DNA from: Octopus sinensis
Taxonomy: Eukaryota
Direction: 5' to 3'
Assembly (NCBI RefSeq): GCF_006345805.1
Contig: NC_043011.1
Span: 38,452,464-38,516,463 of the forward strand
DNA: 64,000 bases
Positions 13,550 through 25,830 of this stretch are shown here, piece by piece. Numbering within the stretch: position 1 is the first letter of the stretch; the number at the start of each line of letters is the position of its first letter. Position numbers and translations under genes: made by a program. Under the pieces are notes generated by a model. The model was not told the origin of the DNA and searched no databases. It was given only the letters and a program-made list of their open reading frames with translations.

Positions 13550-14369
13550 GAGAGAGAGTGAGAGAGAGATGAAAACTGAAAAAATCCGGTGTCCAGTACG
13601 CAGAGTTACTCATTTTCATTCATCAGCTGGTAAACACAGCCTGGTCTTCACTTGGAAGAGGTTAACTATATACAAATAGTGAGGTAAGAAGCTTGCTTTC
13701 GAACCGTATGGTTTCGAGTTCAGTCCCACTCCGTGGCATCTTGCAGAAGTATTTTCTATGTGATCCGTAGTCATTCTAAATTTTTCTTCTCCATTTTCTA
13801 TTTTCACCTGATCGCTAAGTCGAGCAGTCACGTTTCTCTCTTCCTTTCTTTCAACAGGGCTTGTTTTTTCACCATTAGCGAATTTTTTTTTTTTATGCTG
13901 TTGGTGTTTTCGTTTTGCTTTTCGTTTCCAATCCTATAAAACATTTTCCTTGCGTTACCCATAATCGTCACGTCGTATAGCTGCAAGGCCATATTTCGTT
14001 TGTATAATGTATTTGTATTTTATCTTGTTTGTATGTTTACTCTTTGTCATGTTTATTTACGCCCTTATCCCCTGTTGGCTCACTTTTCCTTGCAGCTTCT
14101 CGTACTTGGTGCCATCAAAAGTGAACAATATTAGCGTTAAAGGCGTCAAATTGTAAGGATCTTTAGGACGGTAAATGGTATTACCGACATTGTGTACTGT
14201 GTGTGAATTTTCAGTGTGTTCCTTTGTTTTCCTTCTTATATACATATACATACATAATTCGTAGGGCAGCTGATGATGGAGGTATGTTGGAATATTTCTA
14301 TGGCTGTTTTTTGTATATGTGGAATACTGTTACAACAGATCCTCTTGATATATTTACAGACATATATAT

Positions 14370-14731
14370 CAGGAGTGGCTGTGTGGTAAGTAGCTTGCTT
14401 AGCAACCTCATGGTTTCGGGTTCAGCCCCACTGCGTGACATTTTGGGTGAGTGTCTTCTAATATAACCACGGGCCGACCAAAGTCTTGTGCATGAATTTC
14501 GTAGAGGGAAATTGAAAGAAGCCCGTCGTGTATATAAAATATATATATATTTATGTGTGTATATGTTTGTGTGTCTGTGTTTGTTCCGCCACCATCGCTT
14601 GACAACCAATGTTGATGTCCTTGCGTCGCCGTAATTTAGCGATTCGGCAAAAGATACCGACAGAATAAGTACAGGGCATACAAAGAACAGGTCCTGGGGT
14701 CGATTTACTCAACTTAAGGTGGTGCTCCAGC
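14370..14731 (+). mobile_element. Family A SINE
   Basis: CAGGAGTGGCTGTGTGGTAAG head, GGTTCAGCCC B-box-like motif, internal TA/TG tract, tail GGTGGTGCTCCAGC. Confidence 0.85.
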
Positions 14732-16050
14732 AAATAAGGAGGGAGGAGGAGGAGGTGGAAGGGGAGGAGGAGGTGGAAGGGGAGGAGGAGGGAGAGTAAA
14801 AGGAGGAGGAGTTAAAGAAAGATAACGTAAGAACCAAAACGAGGTAAAATGTTAGGGATTCACAGAGAATAGTAGAAATTCCTCTACTAGAAGAATATCA
14901 CTGTCACTATTTTCTTTGAATCCCCTTCATTTTAATTTTTGTTTTTACGTTATCTTCCTTTATCTCTCCCCTTTATATACCCATATATATATATATATAT
15001 ATATACATACATACAAATGGAACAAGAACGCAAAACATGCAGACAGTTAGATGATACAAGAAAGGGACAACAAATCATCCAGATAAACGATACAAAGAAC
15101 ACAAAGTCGGGTCATTCGGAGTTTTCTTTTCTCAGTCGAGTTCCCGATTATCTTTGCAATTTCGGCTGGTTATACTGGAAATTGCTCCAATCCGGCCAAC
15201 CCCAAGGAAAAACTAACCTAAGAGCATTAGATTCCTAGGAAGAAAGCAGCCAATGTATATGAAAACAAGAACGAAAAATACGGAGAAATGGTACACAAAT
15301 ACAAATAATATGACATAACAGCAGGTGTCTTTCGATTAAGGACGAATTAGATTAAGCTGGTGTGTGTGGAATTAAAGCCTTACTGCATGGATTCAAGATT
15401 TCACAGGCAGAGGGAAGAATATAGATTTTGCACGGACAGCGGGCGAACCAAGAAATAGAGAAGAGAGGGAAGTAGAGGCAGAGGGACAGAAGAAATAAGG
15501 AGGGGCGAGAATAAATGACAAGGAGACAGTGAAGTGAAAAGAGGAGGGAAGTGAGCATGAAGAGAAGGCAATGAAATGTGAGAGAGGGGGAACGAAAGAC
15601 CGAAGTGTGGAATGAACGGAGTAAGCGTGAAAGGGCTGATAGAAAGAAGGAAAGAATAAAAAATAAAAGAATAGAGTCGTACAAGATTTAGATAATATAT
15701 ACTTACATATAAGAGGCCAAAGTGTACGTACGCCGCTATATGAGGACCTAATGCCCTAAGGACGAATTAAATTAAGCTGGAAAAAGGATATATGTATTTG
15801 CGTTGGGACCCTTTCACATCGAAGACCGGCGATTGTCGTGCGCATAAGACGGGTAAATACACAGAAACCCGGGTCCGTGCGTATCACGTCAGGTCGACGA
15901 TGGGAAGGATGGCTTCCCTTTGCAAATACTGATAGAGCACAGAAAGTGTGTCAATAGCTAGCTGGAGAAGATGTTCTCCTGGGGCTACAAGTTACAGTAG
16001 CATCCACCCTTAGTGCTTAGCCACATTTAAATGGAAAATATGCTTCATAT

Positions 16051-16087
<37 letters not shown>

Positions 16088-16110
16088 TATTTATTTATTT
16101 ACTTATACCA

Positions 16111-16430
16111 CATGCTGCCGGCTTCAGTCCCACTGCGTGGAAACTTAGTAAGTGCCTTAAGCTATAGCCTTGGTCTGAGTGGATTTGGTAGACGGAAACT
16201 GAAAGAAGCTTATATATATATGTGTGTAAGTGTGTGTTTTGTGTGTCTGTTTTTGTCCACCCACCATCGCTTGACAACCGATATTGGTGTGTTTATCTCT
16301 CCGTAACGTAGCTGTTCGGCAAAATAGAACGTTAGAATAAGTACTAGGCTTACAACGAATAAGACCGAGGCGATTTGTTCCACTAAAGGTTCCCCAGCAT
16401 GGCCGCAGTCAAATGTTTGAAACAACTAAA
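16111..16430 (+). mobile_element. Family A SINE (5'-eroded)
   Basis: TTCAGTCCCACTGCGTGG...GGATTTGGTAGACGGAAACTGAAAGAAGC...CCCAGCATGGCCGCAGTCAAATG. Confidence 0.8.
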
Positions 16431-16504
16431 CAAAAAATCATTAACAAAATATGTGTGTGTGTGCGTGTTTATGTATGCGTGTGAGAAGATTAACATATGT
16501 TCAT

Positions 16505-16737
16505 ATTCTTTTATTCCATTATTTGTTTCAGTCATTTAACTGCGGCCATGCTAGAGCAGCGCCTTCAGTCGAACAAATCGACCCAGGACTTATACTTTGT
16601 GAGTCCAATACTTATTCTGTTGGTTCCTCTTGCTGAACCGCTAAGTTACGCGGATTTAAATACATCAGCATCGGTGGTCACGCGATGGTTGGAGGACAAA
16701 AACAGACACAAAGATATACACGCAGATATAAACACAC

Positions 16738-16804
<67 letters not shown>

Positions 16805-16962
16805 CACGACAGGCTTCTTCCAGTTTCTGTCTAGCAAATCCACTCACGAGATTTTGGTCGGCCCGAGGTAATAGTAGACGATTCATGCCCAAGGTACCAC
16901 GCAGTGGAACTGAACCTCGAAGCATGTGGTTGGGAAGCAAGCTTCTTACCACACAGCCACGC
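16505..16962 (-). mobile_element. Family A SINE
   Basis: Near full-length reverse complement of the family A consensus seen at 29032-29490 and 43611-44062. Confidence 0.9.
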
Positions 16963-17479
16963 ATGTATGCTTGTATGTATTTCACAGCCTCCTACGTTGC
17001 CATCTTTACTCTAGTTTGTAACCTTGTAATAGCCAGTCAGTACAAATTCGTCAATGCAAAACATTATCACGTAGATTGCGAATCCACCAATTAGGTAACG
17101 TTATTATGTTCAATATATTTGCTATGTACAAATATATTACAACTAAGGCAAAATAACCTCGGTGAATATTCTCTCTATATTATTCTCCGAAAATTTGATT
17201 ATCTAAGCTAATTCAATTTATCTCCCTTGGTTGTTGTTTTCAGATTTTTAAATATCTTTATCGAGGAATTTCTTTTTTGTACATTCTAACTAATTTCTCT
17301 CATAATTTCAGTTGATGGAAAGTTTTCGACTGAGTGCATCTCATACGTGCGATTCTTATTTTATCTGTATACATACATGGATCTAGAAATACATACATAC
17401 ATATTTTTATATCTGTGTGTATATATTCATATATATCTGTGTATGTATGCTTCGGACGATTGTAGTCCCTGTCTGTATA

Positions 17480-17642
17480 TACGTACACAGTTATGTGCAC
17501 ATTATTTACATTTAGCGGATATTTGTGCTCATCTAGTTGTTAACACAACGTTTCGGCTGATATACCCTCCAGCTTTCATCAGGTCTCTTGGGGAAATTTC
17601 GAACCTGGGTTCTCATTCCTAAGTTATTTTTCGATGTTGATG

Positions 17643-17677
<35 letters not shown>

Positions 17678-17746
17678 TCAGGTCACTGCCTGGAATCCAA
17701 CTCGGAACCTTAGGTTAGTAGCCTGCGCTCTTAACCACTACGCCAT
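17480..17746 (-). mobile_element. tRNA-headed SINE-like element carrying a hammerhead ribozyme motif
   Basis: Minus strand: A box TGGCGTAGTGG (17745-17735), B box GAGTTGGATTCC (GAGTTCGATTCC in the inverted copy), an (AAT)n/(AAC)n spacer, then the hammerhead at 17585-17544. The 3' boundary is approximate. Confidence 0.8.
17544..17585 (-). ncRNA. Minimal type I hammerhead ribozyme motif
   Basis: GAC-CUGAUGA-A-AGCUG-GAGGGUAUAU-CAGCC-GAA-ACGU-U-GUG. Intact core, 4-5-bp stem II, AACGUU palindromic stem III. Position 10.1 is A rather than G, and stem I is weak. Confidence 0.75.
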
Positions 17747-17768
17747 ATAGAACATATAATGCTGTACA

Positions 17769-17800
17769 TTCCGAGTTCGATTCCAGGCAGTGACCTGAAA

Positions 17801-17859
<59 letters not shown>

Positions 17860-17903
17860 CAACAACATCGAAAAATACCTTAGGAATGAGAAACCAGGTT
17901 CAA
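17769..17903 (+). repeat. Inverted partial copy of the hammerhead SINE
   Basis: Reverse complement of ~17599-17706 (B box through AGGAATGAGAA.CCAGGTTC). It stops before the ribozyme. Confidence 0.9.
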
Positions 17904-17914
17904 ATTTTTTTTAA

Positions 17915-18056
17915 CCTGGGGGTCTTTTTGTTCGACAAAAGTCCGTTTTTGTGGATTCACAAAGTATAAGTCCTGGGGTCTTTTTGTTCGACTAAAGGCG
18001 GTGCTCTAGCATGGCCGCAGCCAAATGACTGAAACAGATAAAGGAATAAAAGAATA
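17915..18056 (+). mobile_element. Family A SINE 3' tail fragment with short internal duplication
   Basis: CCTGGGG(G)TCTTTTTGTTCGAC occurs twice, then AAGGCGGTGCTCTAGCATGGCCGCAGCCAAATGACTGAAAC. Confidence 0.75.
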
Positions 18057-18079
18057 TGAATCTTCTCACACGCATACAT

Positions 18080-18129
<50 letters not shown>

Positions 18130-18783
18130 ACCATTTTAGCTCTTATCTCTAGCAACGTAAGTGTTTCGAACACCCTAGTCGCATTTACTGACAATTATAG
18201 TTTTCCTTTCTGGTAAACATTGCAAAGCGCTGTATATTTTAATTATATATATATATCTATATATGAGAGTCAAGACTATTGAAAAGGTTGCGAGACGCAA
18301 CAAAAGTTTTAGGAAAATAAAAATAAGAAATAAGTGGAAATTTTACCGGTGAGTGTGTTACATTATAAGGCACAAAAAGAAAATGACTCTCTCCAGACAC
18401 AACAGTATATATGAAAAATTATATATTTGTGCATGAATGTGCTTATGTATATATATATATTCGTAAGCATGAATGTGTGCATGTTTGTGTGTGTGTGTGT
18501 GTGTGTGCTTGCATTACATATTTAGTCGTTTTTGGTTGACGTTGTCATTATCGTTCAGAGAGTGGTGGTTGTTGTTGTTATTTTGTCCATTGTCATCTGT
18601 GATGAATCATATCTTTCATAAGTCGGGTATTGAGACTTAAAGCATAAGAGTTTTAGTCATTTCGTGATATTGAGAATGCTTCTATCTGAGAAAAGATAAC
18701 TCCATTTTGTTTCTAAAAGATTGATTTATCAGTGAGTTTTGGTTGTTCTTCATTTATAGAAGTCACAACTTCTTCAATCTGTC

Positions 18784-18784
<1 letters not shown>

Positions 18785-18823
<39 letters not shown>

Positions 18824-18827
18824 GGTG

Positions 18828-18867
<40 letters not shown>

Positions 18868-18935
18868 AAGTAGTAGTAGTAGTACTGGTGGTGGTGGTGG
18901 TGGTGGTAGTAGTAGAAGTAGTAGTAGTAGTACTG

Positions 18936-18985
<50 letters not shown>

Positions 18986-19023
18986 GGTGGTGGTGTAGTA
19001 GTAGTAGTAGTAGTAGTAGTAGT
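18785..19023. repeat. (TAG)n/(TGG)n microsatellite
   Basis: Read directly; source of the poly-T/V/S ORFs. Confidence 0.95.
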
Positions 19024-19599
19024 GCTTTTTTTCTGTTTTAGGTCTTGTTATTGTAAGACCAGAGGACAATTGCATGTCCGCTGCTTAAAGACATTTCGGG
19101 TGTCATCTATTCGAATATTTTTAGAGTGTTGCATAAAATGTGTTGTATAAATTTCACCTCTAAACGAGCTTAGTTCGTATCTCGCCGACATGGACTTTGC
19201 ATTTTATCCTTTCGGGATCGATAAAATATAGCACCAGATCATTTGTGGGGGGTGAGGGCTGGATATCCTATTAGGGTTTCCTATTACAGTTTCATTTCAT
19301 ACGAAGCCATTTTTCTTCGTTAAAACAGTAGAATGTGATTTAAGGACTATTTAGCTGTTGCTTCTTGTAAATCGAACGAAAGCATTAATGGTGTCCTCAA
19401 TGCGATGACTGCTAGCAACTCGCAATTTGTGCAATTAATGATGGAAAAATAAGAATTCCACTTATGACAGTATAGCAGAAAGTTCAGGGCAGAGGTGGGG
19501 TTATTAGACAGCATCAACCTTCGGTATTTACTAGGTATTCAATAGTATCGAACTCGGAAGCGTGAGAAGCAAAGTTAGCTTCGGCAGGATTTGAACGCA

Positions 19600-19662
19600 G
19601 AATGTTGCTGCAGCCGCTACTCCTGCAGTTATATATGGTTATAATGCCACAACTAATGCTGT

Positions 19663-19707
<45 letters not shown>

Positions 19708-20025
19708 CACTACTACTACTACTACTACTACTATTACTACTACTACTACTATTATTACTACTACTACTACTACTACTCATGTTGCGGCTGCCGCTACTGC
19801 TACTACTGCCACCACCACCACCACCACCACTACTACTACTACTTATGTTGCAGCTGCCGCTACTACTAGCACTACCACTACAACTACTACTACTGCAGCT
19901 ACTACTACTACTACTACTACTACTGCTACTACTACACACCACCACCACCACTACTACTACTACTTATGTTGCAGCTGCCGCTACTACTAGTACTACCACT
20001 ACAACTACTACTACGGCAGCTACTA

Positions 20026-20058
<33 letters not shown>

Positions 20059-20195
20059 AACTAGTAGTAGTAATGTTGCTGCTGCCGCTACTGCTACTAT
20101 TACTACTATATCTACTACTACTACTACTACTACTACTACTGCTAATAATGTTGCTGCTGTTACTACTACAACTATTACAACTACTACTGCGGCAG
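19600..20195. repeat. (CTA)n-dominated compound microsatellite with repeating ATGTTGC(A/T/G)GC(T/C)GCCGCTA interruptions
   Basis: Read directly; source of the poly-L/S ORFs. Confidence 0.95.
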
Positions 20196-20332
20196 ATATT
20201 TATTTTATTGTTCTCAACGGGCGCGACAAGAGAAGCAATAAAACAAGAATAAGAATAATTACTAAGCGGCATCGAAGTACGAATTGCACTAAATCGTACA
20301 TGGCATTTAATCTGTAATTCTACCGTTTCTGC

Positions 20333-20393
<61 letters not shown>

Positions 20394-20833
20394 ATTCTAC
20401 TTTCAAATTAGTATGGCAAGCAGAAATTTTATTAAAATTTATTATGCTTTGCAGCATCTTCATGAAATTTAGCAGTCTCTAATTGCATACAGTACGCATT
20501 CTCACCTACATTTATTAAAAATAGTTCGTTTATATTAATTCGCCCAAGACGTAGTTTTATTCTTCAATACAAACTCGAGTTACAAACAAATTGCTTGACG
20601 TTCGCATAGTTTCAAGTGAGGACGGCGTTATTAATTAAGAGTGTTTAATGTTTGAATGTGAAATTGTTGAAGCTAAATTAAATTTTCTTACTTTCAGTCA
20701 CTAATTTTGGATTGGTAATGCATGTGGTTGTTGTTGTTGTTGTTGTTCTTGTTCTTGTTCTTGTTCATCATGATGATGGCAGTGATAGCGACAAAGATGA
20801 CACGGTGATGGCGAAGACGATGGGGATATTTAG

Positions 20834-21068
20834 ATATGTTTCTTTACTGCCCACAAGGGGCTAAACATAGAGGGGACAAGCAAGGACAGACAAAGGGATT
20901 AAGTCGATTACATCGACCCCGGTGCGAAACTGGTACTTAATTTATCGACCCCGAAAGGATGAAAGGTAAAGTTGACCTCGGCGGAATTTGAACTCAGAAC
21001 GTAACGGCAGACGAAATACGGCTACGCATTTCGTCCGGCGCTCTAACGTGTCTGCCAGCTCGCCGCCT
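20834..21068 (-). mobile_element. Family B SINE, near intact
   Basis: Minus strand GGCGGCGAGCTGGCAGACACGTTAG...GAGTTCAAATTCCGCCGAGGTCAACTTTACCTTTCATCCTTTCGGGGTCGATAAATTAAGTACCAG...GGGCAGTAAAGAAAC. A (GATA)n array is adjacent. Confidence 0.92.
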
Positions 21069-21078
21069 TTGGGGATAT

Positions 21079-21156
<78 letters not shown>

Positions 21157-22909
21157 GGATGGAAAGATGCACATACACATGGCCTACGCTCCGAGCCAAC
21201 AGCGTGGATTTTTTGCCGAACCGGTAAGTAAAGTGGACGGAAACAGACCAAGACCGGTTGTCAAGTTGCCATCCATTTCGACTGAAATCCGAAACCATGT
21301 GAATTGGAAGCGAGCTTCACATCACACAGCCACGTGTGTGTGTATGTGTGTATGCATGTATATATATGCCTATACACATGCATACATGCATACATAGATA
21401 TATACATACGTAATCGATGACTATATATGTGATATGATATTTATCTTTCTATAAACGCACACAAATATATATGTATATGTAATATAGCATGCAATGGCAA
21501 TATGATATCATGCAGTAATAAATAAGCATAAATTATGATATCATGCAGTATAATTTAGAATAAATTATTAACAAACAAAATAGTCATTCCTTTTATAATA
21601 AATCAATGTGAGAGCTTCTACAGTGTCACCCGATCTGCTAGAAACAGTAACCAAACTTCCTCAGATAATAACTCTATCGTTCCAAACACAGAAAAGAACA
21701 CATCAGATAATTCAATCATAGACACACTTACCATTGTGGGATGGTCACTTTTGGCTTGCCTTTTATCAGAAGTATGCTTGGTCTGTGTTGACAAGTGATG
21801 AAACATTCAAAAAGGAAAAGAAAAACTGCAATAAAACCTTTAGAGATAACTTGACGTGGTCGGTTAAGCTGCTAGAATTACCAGTAACGAGATATCCCTG
21901 AAATGGCGCCTTGCTGACTAATTAAAAAAAAAAGGCATTGGAAAATAAAACACGCTATATAGCATATTCGGAAAAAAAAAGTTCGGATTGTCACTGTTGG
22001 AAATTATCTAATCATAACTCTTCCCTGTCAGACCGAGATGACTTTGGGATTAAAGGAAGGGGGAAAATCACATTATTCCTAATGATTTTCTCACACTGCT
22101 AGCACTGGATGAGTTTTTGAGTGAGTATACAAGCTATAATAAGGTAATGCTTTGTCAGATAAAGAAGATTTAGAGCGAAGAGTTAAGAGACTAGCTTTAA
22201 TGGGCTGCTACCATATGCTGAAACAAAGAAAATTGTTGTACATGATTATGAGTAATGTTCTTTACTGTTTCTCTTTGGTGGATACTAACTGGTAGGAGAA
22301 GAGATTCTTCGATGTAAAACGTGTGCCATATTTATCCATTAAAAGATTTATATTTCTGCAGATTTACACATCTCTAAGGATTATGGAACATAATAGAAAT
22401 GTACGGTAATATTTTATGCACCTATGTATGTGTGCATATATGCTTGTGTGTATATGTGGGGAAGAATATATATGTTGGAGGGCTGTGAATGTGTGAACGT
22501 GTTGTTGAGATTGTACGCGTGTGTAATACATATATATAATATATACATGTGATGTATGTATGTAAGACCATATATATGTGTACTTAGGTATATATATATG
22601 CGTCTGATTGTGTATATATGTGTGTCTGTCTATATGAGATGATGTAGAAATGGTGCATAGAATTCCAGGAACGAAAAAATTTTACTCAACAAATATTGTG
22701 CAGAATTTCTATTTATTCAGTCTAAAAATCGCATCACTTTACTCCGAGTTTCCTATGTTTGTTTGACACTAACGTGACACACTCTCTCTTTCTCTCTCTC
22801 TCTCACTCTCTCTCGCTCTCTCTCGCTCGCTCGCTCGCTTCATATCTACACATGTAATAAATTTGTATTGATATATATGTGCTTGGGTATATATATATAT
22901 ATATTTTTT

Positions 22910-23294
22910 TTTTTACTTGTTTCAGTCATTTGACTACGACCATGCTGGAGCACCGCCTTTAGTCGAGCAAATCGACCCCGGGACTTATTCTTTGTAAGCC
23001 CAGTACTTATTCTATCGGTCTCTTTTGCCGAACCGCTAAGTGACGGGGACGTAAACACACCAGCATCGGTTGTCAAGCAATGCTAGGGGGACAAACACAG
23101 ACACACAAACACACATATATATATATATACGACAGGCTTCTTTCAGTTTCCGTCTACCAAATCCACTCACAAGGCATTGGTCGGCCCGGGGCTATAGCAA
23201 AAGACACTTGCCCAAGATGCCACGCAGTGGGACTGAACCCGGAACCATGTGGTTGGTTAGCAAGCTACTTACCACACAGCCACTCCTGCGCCTA
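22910..23294 (-). mobile_element. Family A SINE, near intact
   Basis: Full head-to-tail match to the other A copies. Confidence 0.93.
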
Positions 23295-23317
23295 TATATA
23301 TATATATATGTGTGTGT

Positions 23318-23354
<37 letters not shown>

Positions 23355-23356
<2 letters not shown>

Positions 23357-23646
23357 AGGCGCAATGGCCCAGTGGTTAGGGCGGCGGACTCGCGGTCGTA
23401 GGATCGCGGTTTCGATTCCCAGACCGGGCGTTGTGTGTGTTTATTGAGCGAAAACACCTAAGGGCTCCACGACGCTCCGGCAGGGGTTGGTGATCCCTGC
23501 TGTACTCTTTCACCACTCTTTCTCTCACTCTTTCGTCTGTTGGCCTGCTCGCTTAACCAGCGGGGTGGCGTCATTCGAAGGCTAAAACAATGCGAACGCA
23601 TTGTGACTACATCTGATGAAATGGTCGGTCATGTGATCACGTGATA
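23355..23646 (+). mobile_element. Family C SINE with tail type i
   Basis: GGAGGCGCAATGGCCCAGTGG (A box) and GGTTTCGATTCCC (B box); tail ends ...GGTCATGTGATCACGTGATA. Confidence 0.9.
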
Positions 23647-24103
23647 TATGAAAATATTTTTCCCCTTAAGGGCATTATTCCATAGGTTTCTTGGATTTTC
23701 TTTATCGTAATATATTTTGGGGAGTTCTTTCATTTTCGTATGAATATATATGAATAAAAATCGTTAAGAAAATCAGTTTATTAGACGGAGTCCGATAAAT
23801 GTCGTCAGATAAATGGAACACGTTTTGATATGGATTATTTATTTAATTTCACCAGACTGCTCTCGCAAAAGACCATATCTAGGGTAAAAAAACTAAAGAA
23901 TAGGTATTTCAACAAAAGTAATACACGTTATCAGATTAAGTCATTTGGACACACATGTGGGTAATAATTCAATATTTAATATTCAAAATTAGTACATTTA
24001 GTTACATCTACACATTTTAAATAATATTATTATCTACTGATGAGCTCCAAGTGACGTAACTGATTCTTCTTCTGATATATATATATATATATATATAATA
24101 TAT

Positions 24104-24146
<43 letters not shown>

Positions 24147-24210
24147 CCTTTTCTACTCTAGGCACAAGGCCCGAAATTTTTGGGGTAGGGCGGACAATAG
24201 ATTATATATA

Positions 24211-24255
<45 letters not shown>

Positions 24256-24355
24256 AACTATATAAATATAACATACATGTATATATATATACATATAAAT
24301 ATATATATATATATACACATATAAATATATATATATATATATAATATATATGTAC

Positions 24356-24404
<49 letters not shown>

Positions 24405-24442
24405 CAAATATATATATATACAAATATATATAATATATACAT

Positions 24443-25099
24443 TGTATATTTAGGGCTAAAAACCACTATGTGGACAGACATATGCTAGAAATAGATCACA
24501 TGCGATCAAACTACAAAGAAAATTGATATTAATTAAAGTAATATTCAATTTATCTCCCTCATTATTTAAATGTTAAAATAGTTATGTTCTCCAATAGGCA
24601 ACATTAACTGCAGTACATTATTTGCTGCAGAATTTGTTTCCGGAATTTAGCGCGCCAGAACTCAGACATTTGAAATTAACACCAATGTAACCGGTAGAAC
24701 TAAGCACGTGTCTAGTTTTATACAGAAAACTGGTGGTTAATTTTACAAATGACATTGTTTTTGAAACGATCGTACTGATGAATCTACGGACGAAGGATTA
24801 CGTAAATAATTTATTCGGTAATAGACGAAATCGGTATAAGATTAATTCTTGATTTTTATATAATTTTCATTTGTCTTGCCCGCTTATGTTCTGGTGTTCG
24901 TTGAACTTTCTCTGGAGAACATTTTCTCATTGTAGTTTGATCGTATGTGATCTACGTCTAGCATATGGCTGTCCACATAGTGGTTTTTAGCTCTAAATAT
25001 ACACGTATTTTCTCTGATTTTTTAAGATTTTTATATGCTAGGCTACTGGTTTTAAGTTGATATTAATTGAAGTAATATTCAAGTTATTCCCCTCTTATT

Positions 25100-25103
<4 letters not shown>
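24443..25103. repeat. Interleaved 74-bp inverted repeat and ~47-bp direct repeat
   Basis: 24443-24516 is the reverse complement of 24930-25003. 24523-24570 is directly repeated at 25057-25103. Confidence 0.85.
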
Positions 25104-25163
<60 letters not shown>

Positions 25164-25433
25164 GGTGTGTGTGTGTGTGTGTGTGTGTATGAGTATATAT
25201 ATATAAGGAAAGTTTATGAGATATAATGATGTTAATAATATCTAATGGTGTCAGGTACTGCTGAGTAAGTTCTATGAATAAACCATAGCTAAGCTGCAGA
25301 TTCGGTGATTATGCGAATAAGGAGTCCAACGTAGGTCATATATCAGCATGTGTATATATAAAATTATTTTTCTTTTCAGAATGAGATTAAAAAACCAAGG
25401 CTGTAAAGATTTTATAACATTTATAAATAGATT

Positions 25434-25481
25434 GTCTTGCAGTTGTTTCGAGAATTTTTATTATATCCCTTCATCGGAGAC
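25434..25481 (-). ncRNA. Degenerate minimal type I hammerhead motif in a fold-back repeat
   Basis: GUCU-CCGAUGA-A-GGGAU...AUUCUC-GAAAC-AACUGC-A-AGAC. 4-bp stem I (GUCU/AGAC), U4 to C, stem III mutated. Arms 25458-25500 and 25511-25553 form a 43-bp hairpin. Confidence 0.6.
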
Positions 25482-25614
25482 GGTGTGACAAAATTGTTAA
25501 GCAATAATTATTAACCATTTTCTCACACCGATTCCGATGAAGGGATATAATAAGCATCGGGCCTTGTGCCCAGGGTAGAAAATTATCTTTTATGAGGATG
25601 TTACTGCTCTTTGT

Positions 25615-25830
25615 CTCTGTCTGTCCCGCCATCACCGCTTGAGAACCGGTCTGTTTAGTCCTCGTAACTTAGGGATTCAGCAGAAGAGGCCGATAGAATA
25701 AGTACTAGGCTTAAACAAATAAGTTCTCGGGTCATTTCGTTCGGCTAAAAATCTAATAGGCTTTCAAGCCGATGCTCCAATATGGCCACAGTCAAATGGC
25801 TGAATCATGCAAAATAATAAAAGAATACAT
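25615..25830 (+). mobile_element. Family A SINE 3' half
   Basis: CCATCACCGCTTGAGAACCGG...GATAGAATAAGTACTAGGC...GATGCTCCAATATGGCCACAGTCAAATGGCTGAA. Confidence 0.7.

Noticed and set aside
14270-14307. CTGATGA-TG-GAGGTAT/ATATTTC hammerhead-like remnant
   Set aside because: The GAAA box is missing and stem I cannot be formed. At most it is a heavily decayed relative.
19514-20272. 216-aa poly-Leu and poly-Ser ORFs resembling mucin or membrane proteins
   Set aside because: They lie entirely in a (CTA)n tract that is open in several frames on both strands.
23355-23430. SINE heads as genuine tRNA genes
   Set aside because: They have A and B boxes but no complete cloverleaf with acceptor stem, and they continue into SINE bodies.
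24047-24075. CTGATGAGCTCCAAGTGACGTAAC hammerhead-like string
   Set aside because: It needs an insertion in stem II and GTAA to GAAA, and there is no convincing stem I or III.
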